Shown here: positions 18,908 through 27,725 of the stretch, piece after piece
Numbering within the stretch: the first letter of the stretch is position 1
Layout: each line of letters starts with the position of its first letter
Assembly: GCA_041650895.1 (NCBI GenBank)
Contig: JBAZKF010000001.1
Span: 829,181 to 893,180 of the forward strand
Length of the DNA stretch: 64,000 bases
Direction: 5' to 3'
Source of the DNA: Patescibacteria group bacterium
GTDB taxonomy: Bacteria; Patescibacteriota; Patescibacteriia; 2-01-FULL-39-33
The notes under the pieces: generated by a model
What the model saw: only the letters and a program-made list of their open reading frames with translations
Database searches by the model: none
What the model was told of the DNA's origin: nothing
Program-made: the position numbers and the translations under genes

Positions 18908-18954
18908 GGCCATAAGCTATCCGCCAGTTGGCAGAGCTATACGCCATAAGCCAT
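18908..18954 (+). promoter_or_regulatory. Conserved ~47-bp intergenic element (ATAAGCTA...CCGCCAGTTGGCAG...CATAAGCC) upstream of rplD
   Basis: Near-identical copy at 21932-21977 upstream of rpsC. Contains a palindromic stem around GCCAG(C/T)TGGC. Confidence 0.45.
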
Positions 18955-18962
18955 ATATAAGT

Positions 18963-19691
18963 ATGAAATTCCCCGTATACAATTATCAAGGTGAACAAAT
19001 AAAAGATACAGAGCTGCCCGCTCGGTTGTTTGGCCGTGCCGTCAATACAGCCGTAGTTCATCAAGTGGTTATTGCCCAAGAAGCTAATTCTCGCGAAGTT
19101 CTGGCTCACACCAAAACTCGGGCGGAAGTACGCGGTGGCGGTAAGAAACCCTGGCGCCAAAAAGGCACCGGTCGCGCTCGCCACGGTTCCAGCCGTTCCC
19201 CGATCTGGGTTGGCGGCGGTGTAACTTTTGGTCCGAGAAATGATCGCAATTTCACCCAAAAGGTAAATAAAAAAATGAAGCAAGCGGCTCTGGCTATGTG
19301 TTTATCCGATAAAGCCGCCAGCAAGGGATTAATCATTTTTGATAAATTGGAGAATCCTGCCGGTAGAACCAAGGACTTGAATGCTTGGCTTAAAAATATT
19401 AAGAAAGCGATTACTGGACTGAAAGACAGCAAGAAATTTCTTTTGGTGATGAGCGAAGCGGATGATAAACTGACTCGTGCCGCTAAGAATCTTAAAGGCG
19501 TGTCAACGATTTCTGCCAAGAGCTTGAATTGTGTTGATCTGCTTAAGGCCGATGCTTTGCTGGTTGGTATCAAATCAGTGGAAGAAATTGATAAAGCTTA
19601 TAAACAAGTTAAAGAAAAAACTAAGGAAAAGGCCGTAGTCAAAGTTGCTAAGGTTAAGAAGACCAAGACCGCTAAGACTAAGACTAAGTAA
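18963..19691 (+). CDS. rplD: 50S ribosomal protein L4 with lysine-rich C-terminal tail
   Basis: [40 protein letters not shown] at 18963 (MKFPVYNY). Confidence 0.9.
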   Translation: MKFPVYNYQGEQIKDTELPARLFGRAVNTAVVHQVVIAQEANSREVLAHTKTRAEVRGGGKKPWRQKGTGRARHGSSRSPIWVGGGVTFGPRNDRNFTQKVNKKMKQAALAMCLSDKAASKGLIIFDKLENPAGRTKDLNAWLKNIKKAITGLKDSKKFLLVMSEADDKLTRAAKNLKGVSTISAKSLNCVDLLKADALLVGIKSVEEIDKAYKQVKEKTKEKAVVKVAKVKKTKTAKTKTK

Positions 19692-19695
19692 GCAT

Positions 19696-20133
19696 ATGGG
19701 TTTATTCAATAAAAAAACAACTAAAGAAGAAGAACCGAAGGTTGTGGCGGAAAAAGCCATTGAAGTTAAAGAAGAAGCCAAGGCTGTTAAGGCTGTTAAA
19801 CCAGTGAAGTCTGCTAAGGCCGTTACTGATAAAAGCAGTGTTAAGGTTTCGGTTTATGGCGTTTTGATCGCTCCATTATTGACGGAGAAGACCGCTTCCG
19901 GCGAAGCTAATAACCAATATGCCTTTGCGATTGACGCCAAGGCGACTAAGAATGAAGTTAAAAAAGCGGTAGAAAGCCGCTATGGCTTGAAGCCGGTTAG
20001 TGTTAATGTTTCAAATGTACGCGGTAAATTCGTCCGTTTCGGTCAGCAATTCGGCAAGCGTAAGAATTGGAAAAAAGCCATTGTTACCTTACCCAAAGGC
20101 AAGTCGATTAATGTTTATGAAGGTATTAAATAA
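19696..20133 (+). CDS. rplW: 50S ribosomal protein L23 with ~50-aa K/E/A/V-rich N-terminal extension
   Basis: C-terminal part matches L23 (LLTEK....E.N.Y.F.....ATK.E.K.AVE..Y...V..VN). ATG at 19696 is 4 nt after the rplD stop. Confidence 0.85.
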   Translation: MGLFNKKTTKEEEPKVVAEKAIEVKEEAKAVKAVKPVKSAKAVTDKSSVKVSVYGVLIAPLLTEKTASGEANNQYAFAIDAKATKNEVKKAVESRYGLKPVSVNVSNVRGKFVRFGQQFGKRKNWKKAIVTLPKGKSINVYEGIK

Positions 20134-20138
20134 CAGAT

Positions 20139-20987
20139 ATGTCCATCAAGATTTATAAACCAACAACTCCCGGGCGTCGTCAGACTTCGGTCTTGACCCG
20201 CCAAGATATTACCGCCACTAAGCCGGAAAAGTCTTTATTGATTTCAGCCAAACGTATGGCCGGCCGTAACGCTCAAGGGAAAATAACTGTACGCCATCAA
20301 GGCGGCGGAGCCAATAAAAAGATCCGCGTGATTGATTATCGTCGCGATAAGTTTGATGTGCCTGCCGTGGTTAAGACGATTGAGTATGATCCAGGCAGAA
20401 ATGCCCGTATCGCTTTACTGGCTTATGCCGATGGCGAGAAACGTTATATTGTGGCACCTCAGGGTTTGCAAGTCGGTGAAACTGTCTTGAGCTCACAGAA
20501 TAAAATTGAATATAAATCAGGCAATGCCATGCCTCTTAAGCATATTCCCGCTGGCGTTGTTGTTTATAATGTGGAGATTCTGCCCGGTCGCGGCGGCCAA
20601 TTGGCTCGCGGTGCCGGCACTGGCGTTAATTTGATGGGTTTTGACCGCGGTTTTGCTCAACTTAAGATGCCATCGGGAGAAGTTCGCTTGGTGCCTGAGA
20701 CGGCTTTGGCGGTTATCGGCATAGTGTCTAATCCTGATTTTAAGAATATTCGCTGGGGCAAAGCCGGCAGGATGCGCCATCGTGGCATCAAGCCGACGGT
20801 TCGAGGCAAGGTTATGAATCCGGTTGATCATCCTCATGGTGGCGGTGAAGGCGTAAACCCGATTGGGTTGAAGCATCCTAAGACTCCTTGGGGCAAACCA
20901 GCTCTAGGCGTTAAAACCAGAAAACAAAAGAAGGCATCCGGTAAGTTTATTCTAAGCCGACGTCCATCCCGAAAAAAGAAAAAATAA
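20139..20987 (+). CDS. rplB: 50S ribosomal protein L2
   Basis: HPHGGGEG...KTPWGKPA motif region, 282 aa. Confidence 0.95.
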   Translation: MSIKIYKPTTPGRRQTSVLTRQDITATKPEKSLLISAKRMAGRNAQGKITVRHQGGGANKKIRVIDYRRDKFDVPAVVKTIEYDPGRNARIALLAYADGEKRYIVAPQGLQVGETVLSSQNKIEYKSGNAMPLKHIPAGVVVYNVEILPGRGGQLARGAGTGVNLMGFDRGFAQLKMPSGEVRLVPETALAVIGIVSNPDFKNIRWGKAGRMRHRGIKPTVRGKVMNPVDHPHGGGEGVNPIGLKHPKTPWGKPALGVKTRKQKKASGKFILSRRPSRKKKK

Positions 20988-21090
20988 AAATTAGTCAAAA
21001 GCTAAAAATCTATAAAGCTGAAAGAAATAATAATCTGTTAATGAATTGACTTTATAGACTTTAGACTTTCAGACTTTATAAATAATATTT

Positions 21091-21381
21091 ATGTCTAGAA
21101 GCCTTAAAAAAGGTCCCTACGTCGATCCCAAACTGTTAAAGAAAGTCCAAAACACCCCCAAGGGTGCTAAGGTTGTCATTAAAACCTGGGCCAGAAGCAG
21201 TACGATTACTCCGGAAATGGTTGGTTTGACTTTTGGCGTGCATAACGGCAAAGAACATTTGCCGGTGTTTGTGGTAGAAAACATGGTCGGCCACAAGCTA
21301 GGGGAATTTTCTCCGACTAAGAAGTTTTTCCGTCATGGCGGCAAAATCCAAAAAGCCATTGAACAGGGAGCCAAAGTTTAA
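21091..21381 (+). CDS. rpsS: 30S ribosomal protein S19
   Basis: [14 protein letters not shown]...........KTW.R.S.I.PEMVG.T..VHNGK. Confidence 0.95.
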   Translation: MSRSLKKGPYVDPKLLKKVQNTPKGAKVVIKTWARSSTITPEMVGLTFGVHNGKEHLPVFVVENMVGHKLGEFSPTKKFFRHGGKIQKAIEQGAKV

Positions 21382-21386
21382 ACTAT

Positions 21387-21908
21387 ATGCAAGTTATCGC
21401 TAAAATGAACAATTTGAGAATAAGTTATCGTAAGGTGAGATTAGTGGCTAATCTGATTAACGGTTTGACTGTGGAAAAAGCCTTGATGCAATTAACTTTC
21501 AGCAAGAAAGCGGCGGCTAAGGAATTATTAAAATTACTTAAATCCGCTATTGCTAATGCCAAGGAGAATTATGATTTGACCCCGGATAATTTGAAGATTG
21601 CCTCGATTACGGTTGATGCCGGTCCGGTATTGAAACGTTGGCAGCCCAGAGCTTTCGGTCGCGCCACGCCTCTTCGTAAGGAATCATCCAAGATCAAAGT
21701 AATTTTGGAAGAAATTGTCGCTTCCGGTAAGGCTAAAAAGGAAAAGAAGACTGATACCTCTGATATTATTAAGGTCGGAACCGGAGAGTTTGATGAACTC
21801 AAAGATATCGCTGGCAAACAGGAAGGCAAGAAAGAGATAAGGAAAGCCAAAGCTAGCGATAGGGGATTCGCCTCTAAAATTTTGAATAGGAAAACAGGTA
21901 GCAAATAA
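21387..21908 (+). CDS. rplV: 50S ribosomal protein L22 with ~60-aa lysine-rich C-terminal extension
   Basis: L22 core sequence in the first ~110 aa, then a K/E-rich tail. Confidence 0.9.
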   Translation: MQVIAKMNNLRISYRKVRLVANLINGLTVEKALMQLTFSKKAAAKELLKLLKSAIANAKENYDLTPDNLKIASITVDAGPVLKRWQPRAFGRATPLRKESSKIKVILEEIVASGKAKKEKKTDTSDIIKVGTGEFDELKDIAGKQEGKKEIRKAKASDRGFASKILNRKTGSK

Positions 21909-21931
21909 GAAATAAGAATTAAAAAGTTATC

Positions 21932-21977
21932 GGCTATAAGCTATCCGCCAGCTGGCGGAGCTACAAGCCATAAGCTA
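21932..21977 (+). promoter_or_regulatory. Second copy of the conserved ~47-bp element (TATAAGCTATCCGCCAGCTGGCGGAGCTACAAGCCATAAGCTA) upstream of rpsC
   Basis: About 85% identical to 18908-18954. Perfect GCCAGCTGGC palindrome. Ends 7 nt before the rpsC ATG. Confidence 0.45.
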
Positions 21978-21983
21978 ATATTT

Positions 21984-22664
21984 ATGGGTCAAAAAGTTAA
22001 TGCCAAAGGTTTACGGCTAAATATCAATAAAACTTGGGAATCGCGTTGGTTTACAGAGAATGATTTTTCCGAGTATCTGAAACAGGATGTCCGCATCCGC
22101 AGGTTTGTGATGAAAAAATTCCGTAATCTGGGAATCTCCAAAGTCGAAATGGAACGCTCACCAAACGCCATTGTTTTGAATATCCACGCCTCCCGCCCCG
22201 GATTGATTATCGGTCGCGGCGGTTCTGGAGCTGAAGATTTGAAGAAGGAGATTAAGGATAAATTCCTTAAAGATGATTTCAGCCGCAAGAAGGGGTTAAA
22301 GAATATCAATGTCAATATTCTGGAGTTAAGCGATCCTAACTTGGACTCTGCTTCTCTTATTCAGTCTATGGCAAGCGATATTGAAAAACGCATTCCTTTT
22401 CGTCGTGTTGTCAAACAAGCCATGGGTCGGGCGGAAAAGGCCGGCGCCAAAGGCATTAAGGTTATCATTACCGGACGTCTGGATGGGGCGGAAATCGCTC
22501 GTCGCGAGCTTTTTCTGTACGGTAAAGTGCCTCTACATACCTTGCGCGCCGATATTGATTATTGTCGCGGCATTGCCCAGACTATTTACGGCACTATCGG
22601 AATCAAGGTGTGGATCTATAAAGGCGATATCTTTAATGACAAGGAAAGTAATAAGCAAAAGTAA
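21984..22664 (+). CDS. rpsC: 30S ribosomal protein S3
   Basis: MGQKVNAKGLRL....W.S.W, KH domain, GRLDGAEIAR. Confidence 0.95.
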   Translation: MGQKVNAKGLRLNINKTWESRWFTENDFSEYLKQDVRIRRFVMKKFRNLGISKVEMERSPNAIVLNIHASRPGLIIGRGGSGAEDLKKEIKDKFLKDDFSRKKGLKNINVNILELSDPNLDSASLIQSMASDIEKRIPFRRVVKQAMGRAEKAGAKGIKVIITGRLDGAEIARRELFLYGKVPLHTLRADIDYCRGIAQTIYGTIGIKVWIYKGDIFNDKESNKQK

Positions 22665-22690
22665 TAAATAATTAATTTAAACAAGTTAAT

Positions 22691-22718
22691 AATTACGGAT
22701 TACGGATTACGGATTACG
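22691..22718 (+). repeat. Tandem heptamer repeat (CGGATTA x3 + CGGCTTA) in rpsC-rplP spacer, followed by an inverted copy (CCGTAAT)
   Basis: Repeat read directly in sequence. Belongs to the ATTACG/CGTAAT motif family. Confidence 0.6.
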
Positions 22719-22795
22719 GCTTAGGCCTAATTTACAATCCGTAATTGTCAGAATAATGATTCGTAGTTCGTAATTTGAAATTCGTAATTGAATAT

Positions 22796-23206
22796 ATGTT
22801 GATGCCTAAAAAGTTAGCCCACAGAAAACAACATCGCCCCGATGTCAAAGACGGCGTTGCCACTTCCGGCAACTACGTAGCTTTTGGCTCGTTCGGACTC
22901 AAAGCGACAACGGCCGCCTGGGTGTCGGCACAGCAATTGGAAGCGGCTAGACGCGTCTTGGCTAAATATATCCGTCGCGGCGGCAAGAGTTGGATCAGGG
23001 TTTTCCCGCACAGCGCCATAACAGCTAAAGGCAGTCAGACCACGATGGGTGGCGGCAAGGGCGCGCCGGAAAAATATATTGCCACAGTCCGTCCGGGGAA
23101 TATTATTTTCGAGCTTGATGGTATCTCCGAAGTTGAAGCGAGACAAGCCCTAACCTTGGCCGCTTATAAACTGCCGATTAAAGCAAAAGTAGTGAAGAAA
23201 CAATAA
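22796..23206 (+). CDS. rplP: 50S ribosomal protein L16
   Basis: MLMPKK...HRKQHR....G...G...FG.FGLKA, ATG at 22796. Exact 22-mer TTCGTAATTTGAAATTCGTAAT ends 7 nt upstream. Confidence 0.9.
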   Translation: MLMPKKLAHRKQHRPDVKDGVATSGNYVAFGSFGLKATTAAWVSAQQLEAARRVLAKYIRRGGKSWIRVFPHSAITAKGSQTTMGGGKGAPEKYIATVRPGNIIFELDGISEVEARQALTLAAYKLPIKAKVVKKQ

Positions 23207-23207
23207 T

Positions 23208-23393
23208 ATGAATATCAAGGAATTAAATTTAAAAGAAGTTCCCGAGCTTAAATCGTTGATTAACGATGCCAGAAAAAAACTGGACGAATTGAAATTCAAG
23301 GTTCATCAGGGGCAGTTGAAAAGCGTCAGGGAAATTCGTGTCCTAAAGAAGGACATTGCTTTGATTTTGACTGCTTTAGCGTCCAAGAAATAA
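23208..23393 (+). CDS. rpmC: 50S ribosomal protein L29
   Basis: 61 aa, L29 pattern (EL..K....L..........L.FK...GQL). Confidence 0.85.
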   Translation: MNIKELNLKEVPELKSLINDARKKLDELKFKVHQGQLKSVREIRVLKKDIALILTALASKK

Positions 23394-23414
23394 TTAGTTA
23401 TTTAGCATACATAT

Positions 23415-23654
23415 ATGTCTGAGAAGATTTTAAGAAAATTTAAAGGTACAGTGGTGTCGGACAAGATGGCCAAGACTTTAGTCGTGGTGATACAATCTTT
23501 TAAGATGCATCCCAAGTACGGTAAACGCTACAAAGTCAGCCGAAAATTCAAAGTGCATGATGAGAAAAACCAGTATCATGAAGGCGACGTGGTGGAATTT
23601 GTCGAATGCCGGCCGTTGTCTAAAGACAAGAAATGGCGAGTAATATACAAATAA
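23415..23654 (+). CDS. rpsQ: 30S ribosomal protein S17
   Basis: G.VVSDKM.KT.VV........HP.Y.K..........HDE.N....GD.V...E.RPLSK.K.W. Confidence 0.9.
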   Translation: MSEKILRKFKGTVVSDKMAKTLVVVIQSFKMHPKYGKRYKVSRKFKVHDEKNQYHEGDVVEFVECRPLSKDKKWRVIYK

Positions 23655-23692
23655 CAGTTAAAAGTCATTAGGATTCATAAGCTAACCATTAT

Positions 23693-24061
23693 ATGATTCA
23701 GTTAAGATCAATAGTTAAATCAGCGGATAATACCGGCGCCAAACGCTTGGCTGTTTTTCGTGTCTGGGGAGGTTATAAAAAGCGTTATGCCGGGATTGGC
23801 GATATTGTCACTATGTCGGTTAAAGAAGCCGTACCCCATTCCGCGGTTAAAAAGGGCGATGTGGTTCATGGTGTTGTGGTCAGGGCCAGAAAGGAAATTC
23901 GTCGCGCTGACGGTTCTTATATCCGTTTTGACGATAATGCCGTAGTTTTGATTGATGCCAAGAAAGAAATGCGCGGCACGCGTATTTTCGGGCCGGTTGC
24001 CAGAGAACTGAGAAATCTTGGTTACCAGAAGATAATCTCTTTAGCGCCGGAAGTGCTATAG
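23693..24061 (+). CDS. rplN: 50S ribosomal protein L14
   Basis: MIQ..S...ADN.GAK.......GG......IGD.V..SVK, 122 aa. Confidence 0.95.
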   Translation: MIQLRSIVKSADNTGAKRLAVFRVWGGYKKRYAGIGDIVTMSVKEAVPHSAVKKGDVVHGVVVRARKEIRRADGSYIRFDDNAVVLIDAKKEMRGTRIFGPVARELRNLGYQKIISLAPEVL

Positions 24062-24157
24062 AAAGCTAAAAGTCAAAAGTCCATAAAGCTAAAAGATTAA
24101 TCCGATACTTATGCCTTTACAGGCTTTCGACTTTACAGGCTTTTAAATAATAATACT

Positions 24158-24463
24158 ATGAAAATAAAAACAGGAGACAAAATAAAGATGCTGGCAGGCA
24201 AGGATAAGGGTAAAACCGGTAAGGTCTTGCAGGTAATGACTACAGACAATAAAGTCGTGGTTGAGGGTTTGAATTTGCTGATCAAGCACCAGCGTCCCAA
24301 GCGTTCCGGAGAAAAAGGCCAGAGAATACAGTTTCCTTCCGCTGTGGCCATGGCTAAGGTCGCCTTAGTTTGTCCCAAATGCGGCCAGGCCGCCAGAGTT
24401 GGTTATAAGATAGTCGAGGATAAGAAGTTTAGATTTTGTAAAAAATGTAAAGAAACAATTTAA
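24158..24463 (+). CDS. rplX: 50S ribosomal protein L24 with C-terminal zinc-ribbon (CPKCG...CKKC)
   Basis: KOW motif IK.GD.I....GKDKGK.GKVL followed by a CxxC...CxxC extension. Confidence 0.9.
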   Translation: MKIKTGDKIKMLAGKDKGKTGKVLQVMTTDNKVVVEGLNLLIKHQRPKRSGEKGQRIQFPSAVAMAKVALVCPKCGQAARVGYKIVEDKKFRFCKKCKETI

Positions 24464-24465
24464 AT

Positions 24466-25014
24466 ATGACATTACGTTTACAGGAAAAATATAAAAAAGA
24501 GGTCGTACCCGCTTTGCAGAAAGAATTCGGCTATAAGAATATTATGGCTGTGCCTAAAGTTACTAAGGTGGTGTTGAATGTCGGCATAAACTCCCGCAAT
24601 ACCGATAGTGGCTTTCTTGATGCTGTGGAAAATACTTTAACCAGAATCAGCGGCCAAAAACCGGTTCGCACTAAAGCTAGAAAAGCCATCTCTGCCTTTA
24701 AAGTTCGGGAAGATATGGTAGTCGGCGTAGTCGTGACTTTACGTGGTCGAAGGATGTATGATTTTTTGGACAAATTGATTAATGTTTCTTTGCCTCGCAT
24801 CCGTGATTTCCGCGGTATGTCAGAAAAAAATATTGACCAACAAGGCAATCTGACAGTCGGTTTTAAAGAACATATTGTTTTTCCGGAAATCCGCTCTGAT
24901 GAAGTTGAGCGTATCCATGGCTTGCAAGTTACTGTTACTACTAATGCCGGAGAACAGAAAGCTGGCAGTGAATTATTCCGCTTACTGGGTTTTCCTTTCC
25001 AAAAGAAACAATAA
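24466..25014 (+). CDS. rplE: 50S ribosomal protein L5
   Basis: L..KY.....P.L...F.Y.N.M.VPK..KVV.N.G, 182 aa. Confidence 0.95.
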   Translation: MTLRLQEKYKKEVVPALQKEFGYKNIMAVPKVTKVVLNVGINSRNTDSGFLDAVENTLTRISGQKPVRTKARKAISAFKVREDMVVGVVVTLRGRRMYDFLDKLINVSLPRIRDFRGMSEKNIDQQGNLTVGFKEHIVFPEIRSDEVERIHGLQVTVTTNAGEQKAGSELFRLLGFPFQKKQ

Positions 25015-25053
25015 CTTATTTTATTAATTTAGAGATTTCATTTTAAATATTTT

Positions 25054-25239
25054 ATGGCTACCGAAGCACAAATTGCTAAATCCAAAAGGAAACCGAAGTT
25101 TTCCACCCGAAAGGTCAACCGTTGCTGGAGATGCGGCCGACGTCATGGTTTTATCCGTGATTTCAAACTTTGCCGTATTTGCTTCCGCGAACTCGCTACT
25201 AGCGGCCAGATTCCTGGTATTACTAAATCCTCTTGGTAA
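25054..25239 (+). CDS. rpsN: 30S ribosomal protein S14 type Z (zinc-binding)
   Basis: 61 aa, C.RCGR..G....F.LCR.CFRE. Confidence 0.9.
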   Translation: MATEAQIAKSKRKPKFSTRKVNRCWRCGRRHGFIRDFKLCRICFRELATSGQIPGITKSSW

Positions 25240-25251
25240 ATAATTATATCT

Positions 25252-25653
25252 ATGACTGACACAATCGCAGACATGCTTACTCGCATCCGGAATGCTTCTC
25301 GGATAAAAAAGGGTGAAGTTTTCATACCGTTTTCCAAAATGAAGTTGGAGATTGCCAAAATTTTAAAGCGCGAAGGCTTTATTTCTGATTTTGAAGAAAT
25401 CCAACCGGGCACCGAAGGTTATAAATTCGGCGGACTTAATGTTGTCTTAAAATATGAAGACGGCCAGCCGGCAATAACTGCTATTAATCGTATTTCCAAG
25501 CCGGGACGTCGCATTTATGTTGATAAGGACAATTTGCCTGTTGTTATAAATAATTATGGCATTGCTATTTTGTCTACCTCCAAGGGATTGATGACTAATC
25601 GTCAAGCCAAAAAAGTGGGATCGGGCGGAGAAGTTTTGTGCGAAGTTTACTAA
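25252..25653 (+). CDS. rpsH: 30S ribosomal protein S8
   Basis: DTIADMLTRIRNA...K.......S.....IA.ILK.EGFI, 133 aa. Confidence 0.95.
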   Translation: MTDTIADMLTRIRNASRIKKGEVFIPFSKMKLEIAKILKREGFISDFEEIQPGTEGYKFGGLNVVLKYEDGQPAITAINRISKPGRRIYVDKDNLPVVINNYGIAILSTSKGLMTNRQAKKVGSGGEVLCEVY

Positions 25654-25691
25654 TCTAATTATTATCATCAATTACTCAATTGATTCAATAT

Positions 25692-26237
25692 ATGTCCAGA
25701 ATCGGAAAAAATCCTATTAGCTTTCCGGCCGGAGTCGAGGTCAAAGTTTCTGACGGCTTGGTTACGGTCAAAGGTCCCAAAGGCAGTTTACAAGAGAAAC
25801 TGCATCCTTTAGTTTCCGCTGAAGTTAAAGACAATTCTATTATAGTCAGTGTTGAAAATCAGGAAGTCAAATCACAGCGCGCCTTATGGGGGTTATTCGG
25901 CAGTTTGATCCGTAATATGATCAAGGGAGTCACTGATGGTTATAGTAAACAGTTGGAGATTTCTGGTGTCGGGCAAAAATTTGCTGTCAGCGGCAAGAAG
26001 GTTGTCTTAAATGTTGGTTTTTCTCATCCCGTAGAGTTTGCCATTCCCGAAGGTATTACTATCACAACTGAAGGCAATATTATGACGATCTCCGGCATTG
26101 GCAAGCAGTTGGTTGGTGAGACAGCCGCGCAAATTAGACGCATTAAGAAAGTTGAGCCGTATAAAGGCAAAGGAATTAAATATGTCGGCGAACAGTTTAT
26201 TAAGAAAGCTGGCAAGGCGGCGGCGAAAGCGAAATAA
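25692..26237 (+). CDS. rplF: 50S ribosomal protein L6
   Basis: MSRIGK.PI..P.GV.V......V.VKGPKG.L; ATG at 25692. Confidence 0.9.
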   Translation: MSRIGKNPISFPAGVEVKVSDGLVTVKGPKGSLQEKLHPLVSAEVKDNSIIVSVENQEVKSQRALWGLFGSLIRNMIKGVTDGYSKQLEISGVGQKFAVSGKKVVLNVGFSHPVEFAIPEGITITTEGNIMTISGIGKQLVGETAAQIRRIKKVEPYKGKGIKYVGEQFIKKAGKAAAKAK

Positions 26238-26248
26238 TAGCAATTATT

Positions 26249-26602
26249 ATGAATAAAGTCAAAGCTAATAATTTAAGAGTCGAAAGAAGAGCCCAGCGAG
26301 TGCGAGCTAAGGTTTCCGGTACAGCCGGTTGCCCGCGGCTTTCAGTTTATCGCAGTTTAAGTCATATCCAAGCCCAATTGATCGATGATGCCAATAGTAA
26401 GACGATCGTGGCGGCTACTGACCTAGAAGTCAAAGTTAAAGGCGGTAAGACGGAAAAGTCCCAAGCCGTAGGAAAACTTTTAGCGGAGAAAGCCAAGGAG
26501 AAGGGAATCGCTTGCGCCGTGTTTGATCGCGGCCAATTTAAGTATCACGGCAGGGTTAAGGCCTTGGCCGAGGGCGCCAGAGAGGGCGGATTAAAAATAT
26601 AA
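26249..26602 (+). CDS. rplR: 50S ribosomal protein L18
   Basis: R.R.....K..GT...PRLSV.RS..HI.AQ.IDD....T..AA..........A..VG..LA..A...GI....FDRG...[16 protein letters not shown]. Confidence 0.9.
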   Translation: MNKVKANNLRVERRAQRVRAKVSGTAGCPRLSVYRSLSHIQAQLIDDANSKTIVAATDLEVKVKGGKTEKSQAVGKLLAEKAKEKGIACAVFDRGQFKYHGRVKALAEGAREGGLKI

Positions 26603-26604
26603 AT

Positions 26605-27162
26605 ATGTTGAAAGATAACAATAAAAAAGATTTTAGAAGAAAAGGTCCAAGACCTCCGCGTGAAAAACCGGAGTTTGATCAAACGATTGTAGAGATCGCC
26701 CGCGTTACCCGTGTTATGGCCGGAGGCAAACGTTTAAGTTTCCGCGCCTGCGTGGTTATCGGTGATCGCAAGGGTCGTGTCGGCATGGGATTGGCGAAAG
26801 CCAAAGATGTGCCGCAAGCCGTACAGAAAGCTGTGCGTCAAGCCGAGAAGAACATAATCAAGGTGCCGATCCACGAAGGTACCATCACCCATCAGGTGAG
26901 GATTAAAGTTGGCGCGGCTAAAGTCCTGCTCAAGCCGGCTCCTCCCGGTACCGGTATTATCTCCGGCGGCGCCGTTCGTATTGTTTTGGAATTGGCCGGC
27001 ATTGAGAATATCGTGTCCAAGATTTTTGGCACCGGCAACAAGATTAACAACATCCGCGCCACCATTGAAGCTTTATCTATTCTGAAAAAATCCAAGTTCG
27101 GCAAGAAGGAAAAAAAAGAAGATAAAAAAGAAGAAAAAGCGGTAGTAGCCGAAATTGCCTAA
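26605..27162 (+). CDS. rpsE: 30S ribosomal protein S5 with K/E-rich C-terminal extension
   Basis: RV.RV..GG.R..F.A.VV.GD..G.VG.G..KAK.V..A..KA. No rpmD (L30) gene between this and rplO. Confidence 0.9.
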   Translation: MLKDNNKKDFRRKGPRPPREKPEFDQTIVEIARVTRVMAGGKRLSFRACVVIGDRKGRVGMGLAKAKDVPQAVQKAVRQAEKNIIKVPIHEGTITHQVRIKVGAAKVLLKPAPPGTGIISGGAVRIVLELAGIENIVSKIFGTGNKINNIRATIEALSILKKSKFGKKEKKEDKKEEKAVVAEIA

Positions 27163-27230
27163 TTAGTCCTATTCAATTGTTAATATTATAAAGCTACGGG
27201 CCACCGGCCATAAGCTATAAGCTATTACGT

Positions 27231-27665
27231 ATGTCATTATCATTATCTAATATCAAGCCCGCCAAAGGATCCAGAAAGAAAGCCAAAGAAATCGGACGTG
27301 GCGGTAAGCGCGGTTCATTTTCCGGACGCGGCATCAAAGGCCAAAAAGCCAGAAGTGGCGTTTCCGGCTTGAAAGCCTTGGGATTGAAGCGTTTAGTGCA
27401 GTCTACGCCAAAATTGCGCGGTTTCAGGTCAATTTATCCTAAATTGGCCGTCGTTAGTGTTGGCAAATTAGAAGCTTTTGAAGACGGCGTTATTGTGGAC
27501 ATCAAAAAATTAATTCAACACGGTCTCTTGGATAAAAACAATAAACAGGTTAAAATTCTAGGTGAAGGCAAATTGACCAAAAAATTGACCGTTGTGGTTG
27601 ATGCTTGCTCTGCTTCAGCTAAGGACGCTATTGAACAGGTCGGCGGCAAAGTGGAAATAAAGTAA
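27231..27665 (+). CDS. rplO: 50S ribosomal protein L15
   Basis: L..L.P..GS.K..K..GRG...G.G...G.G.KGQK.R.G. Confidence 0.9.
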   Translation: MSLSLSNIKPAKGSRKKAKEIGRGGKRGSFSGRGIKGQKARSGVSGLKALGLKRLVQSTPKLRGFRSIYPKLAVVSVGKLEAFEDGVIVDIKKLIQHGLLDKNNKQVKILGEGKLTKKLTVVVDACSASAKDAIEQVGGKVEIK

Positions 27666-27725
27666 GTCAAAAGTCTTTGAAGCCGAAAGAATAGTTAGCT
27701 TTACTGATTTTATAAACTAATTTCT

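Noticed and set aside
22381-22671. 96-aa ORF overlapping the 3' half of rpsC in another frame
   Set aside because: Entirely inside the conserved S3 coding region; spurious.
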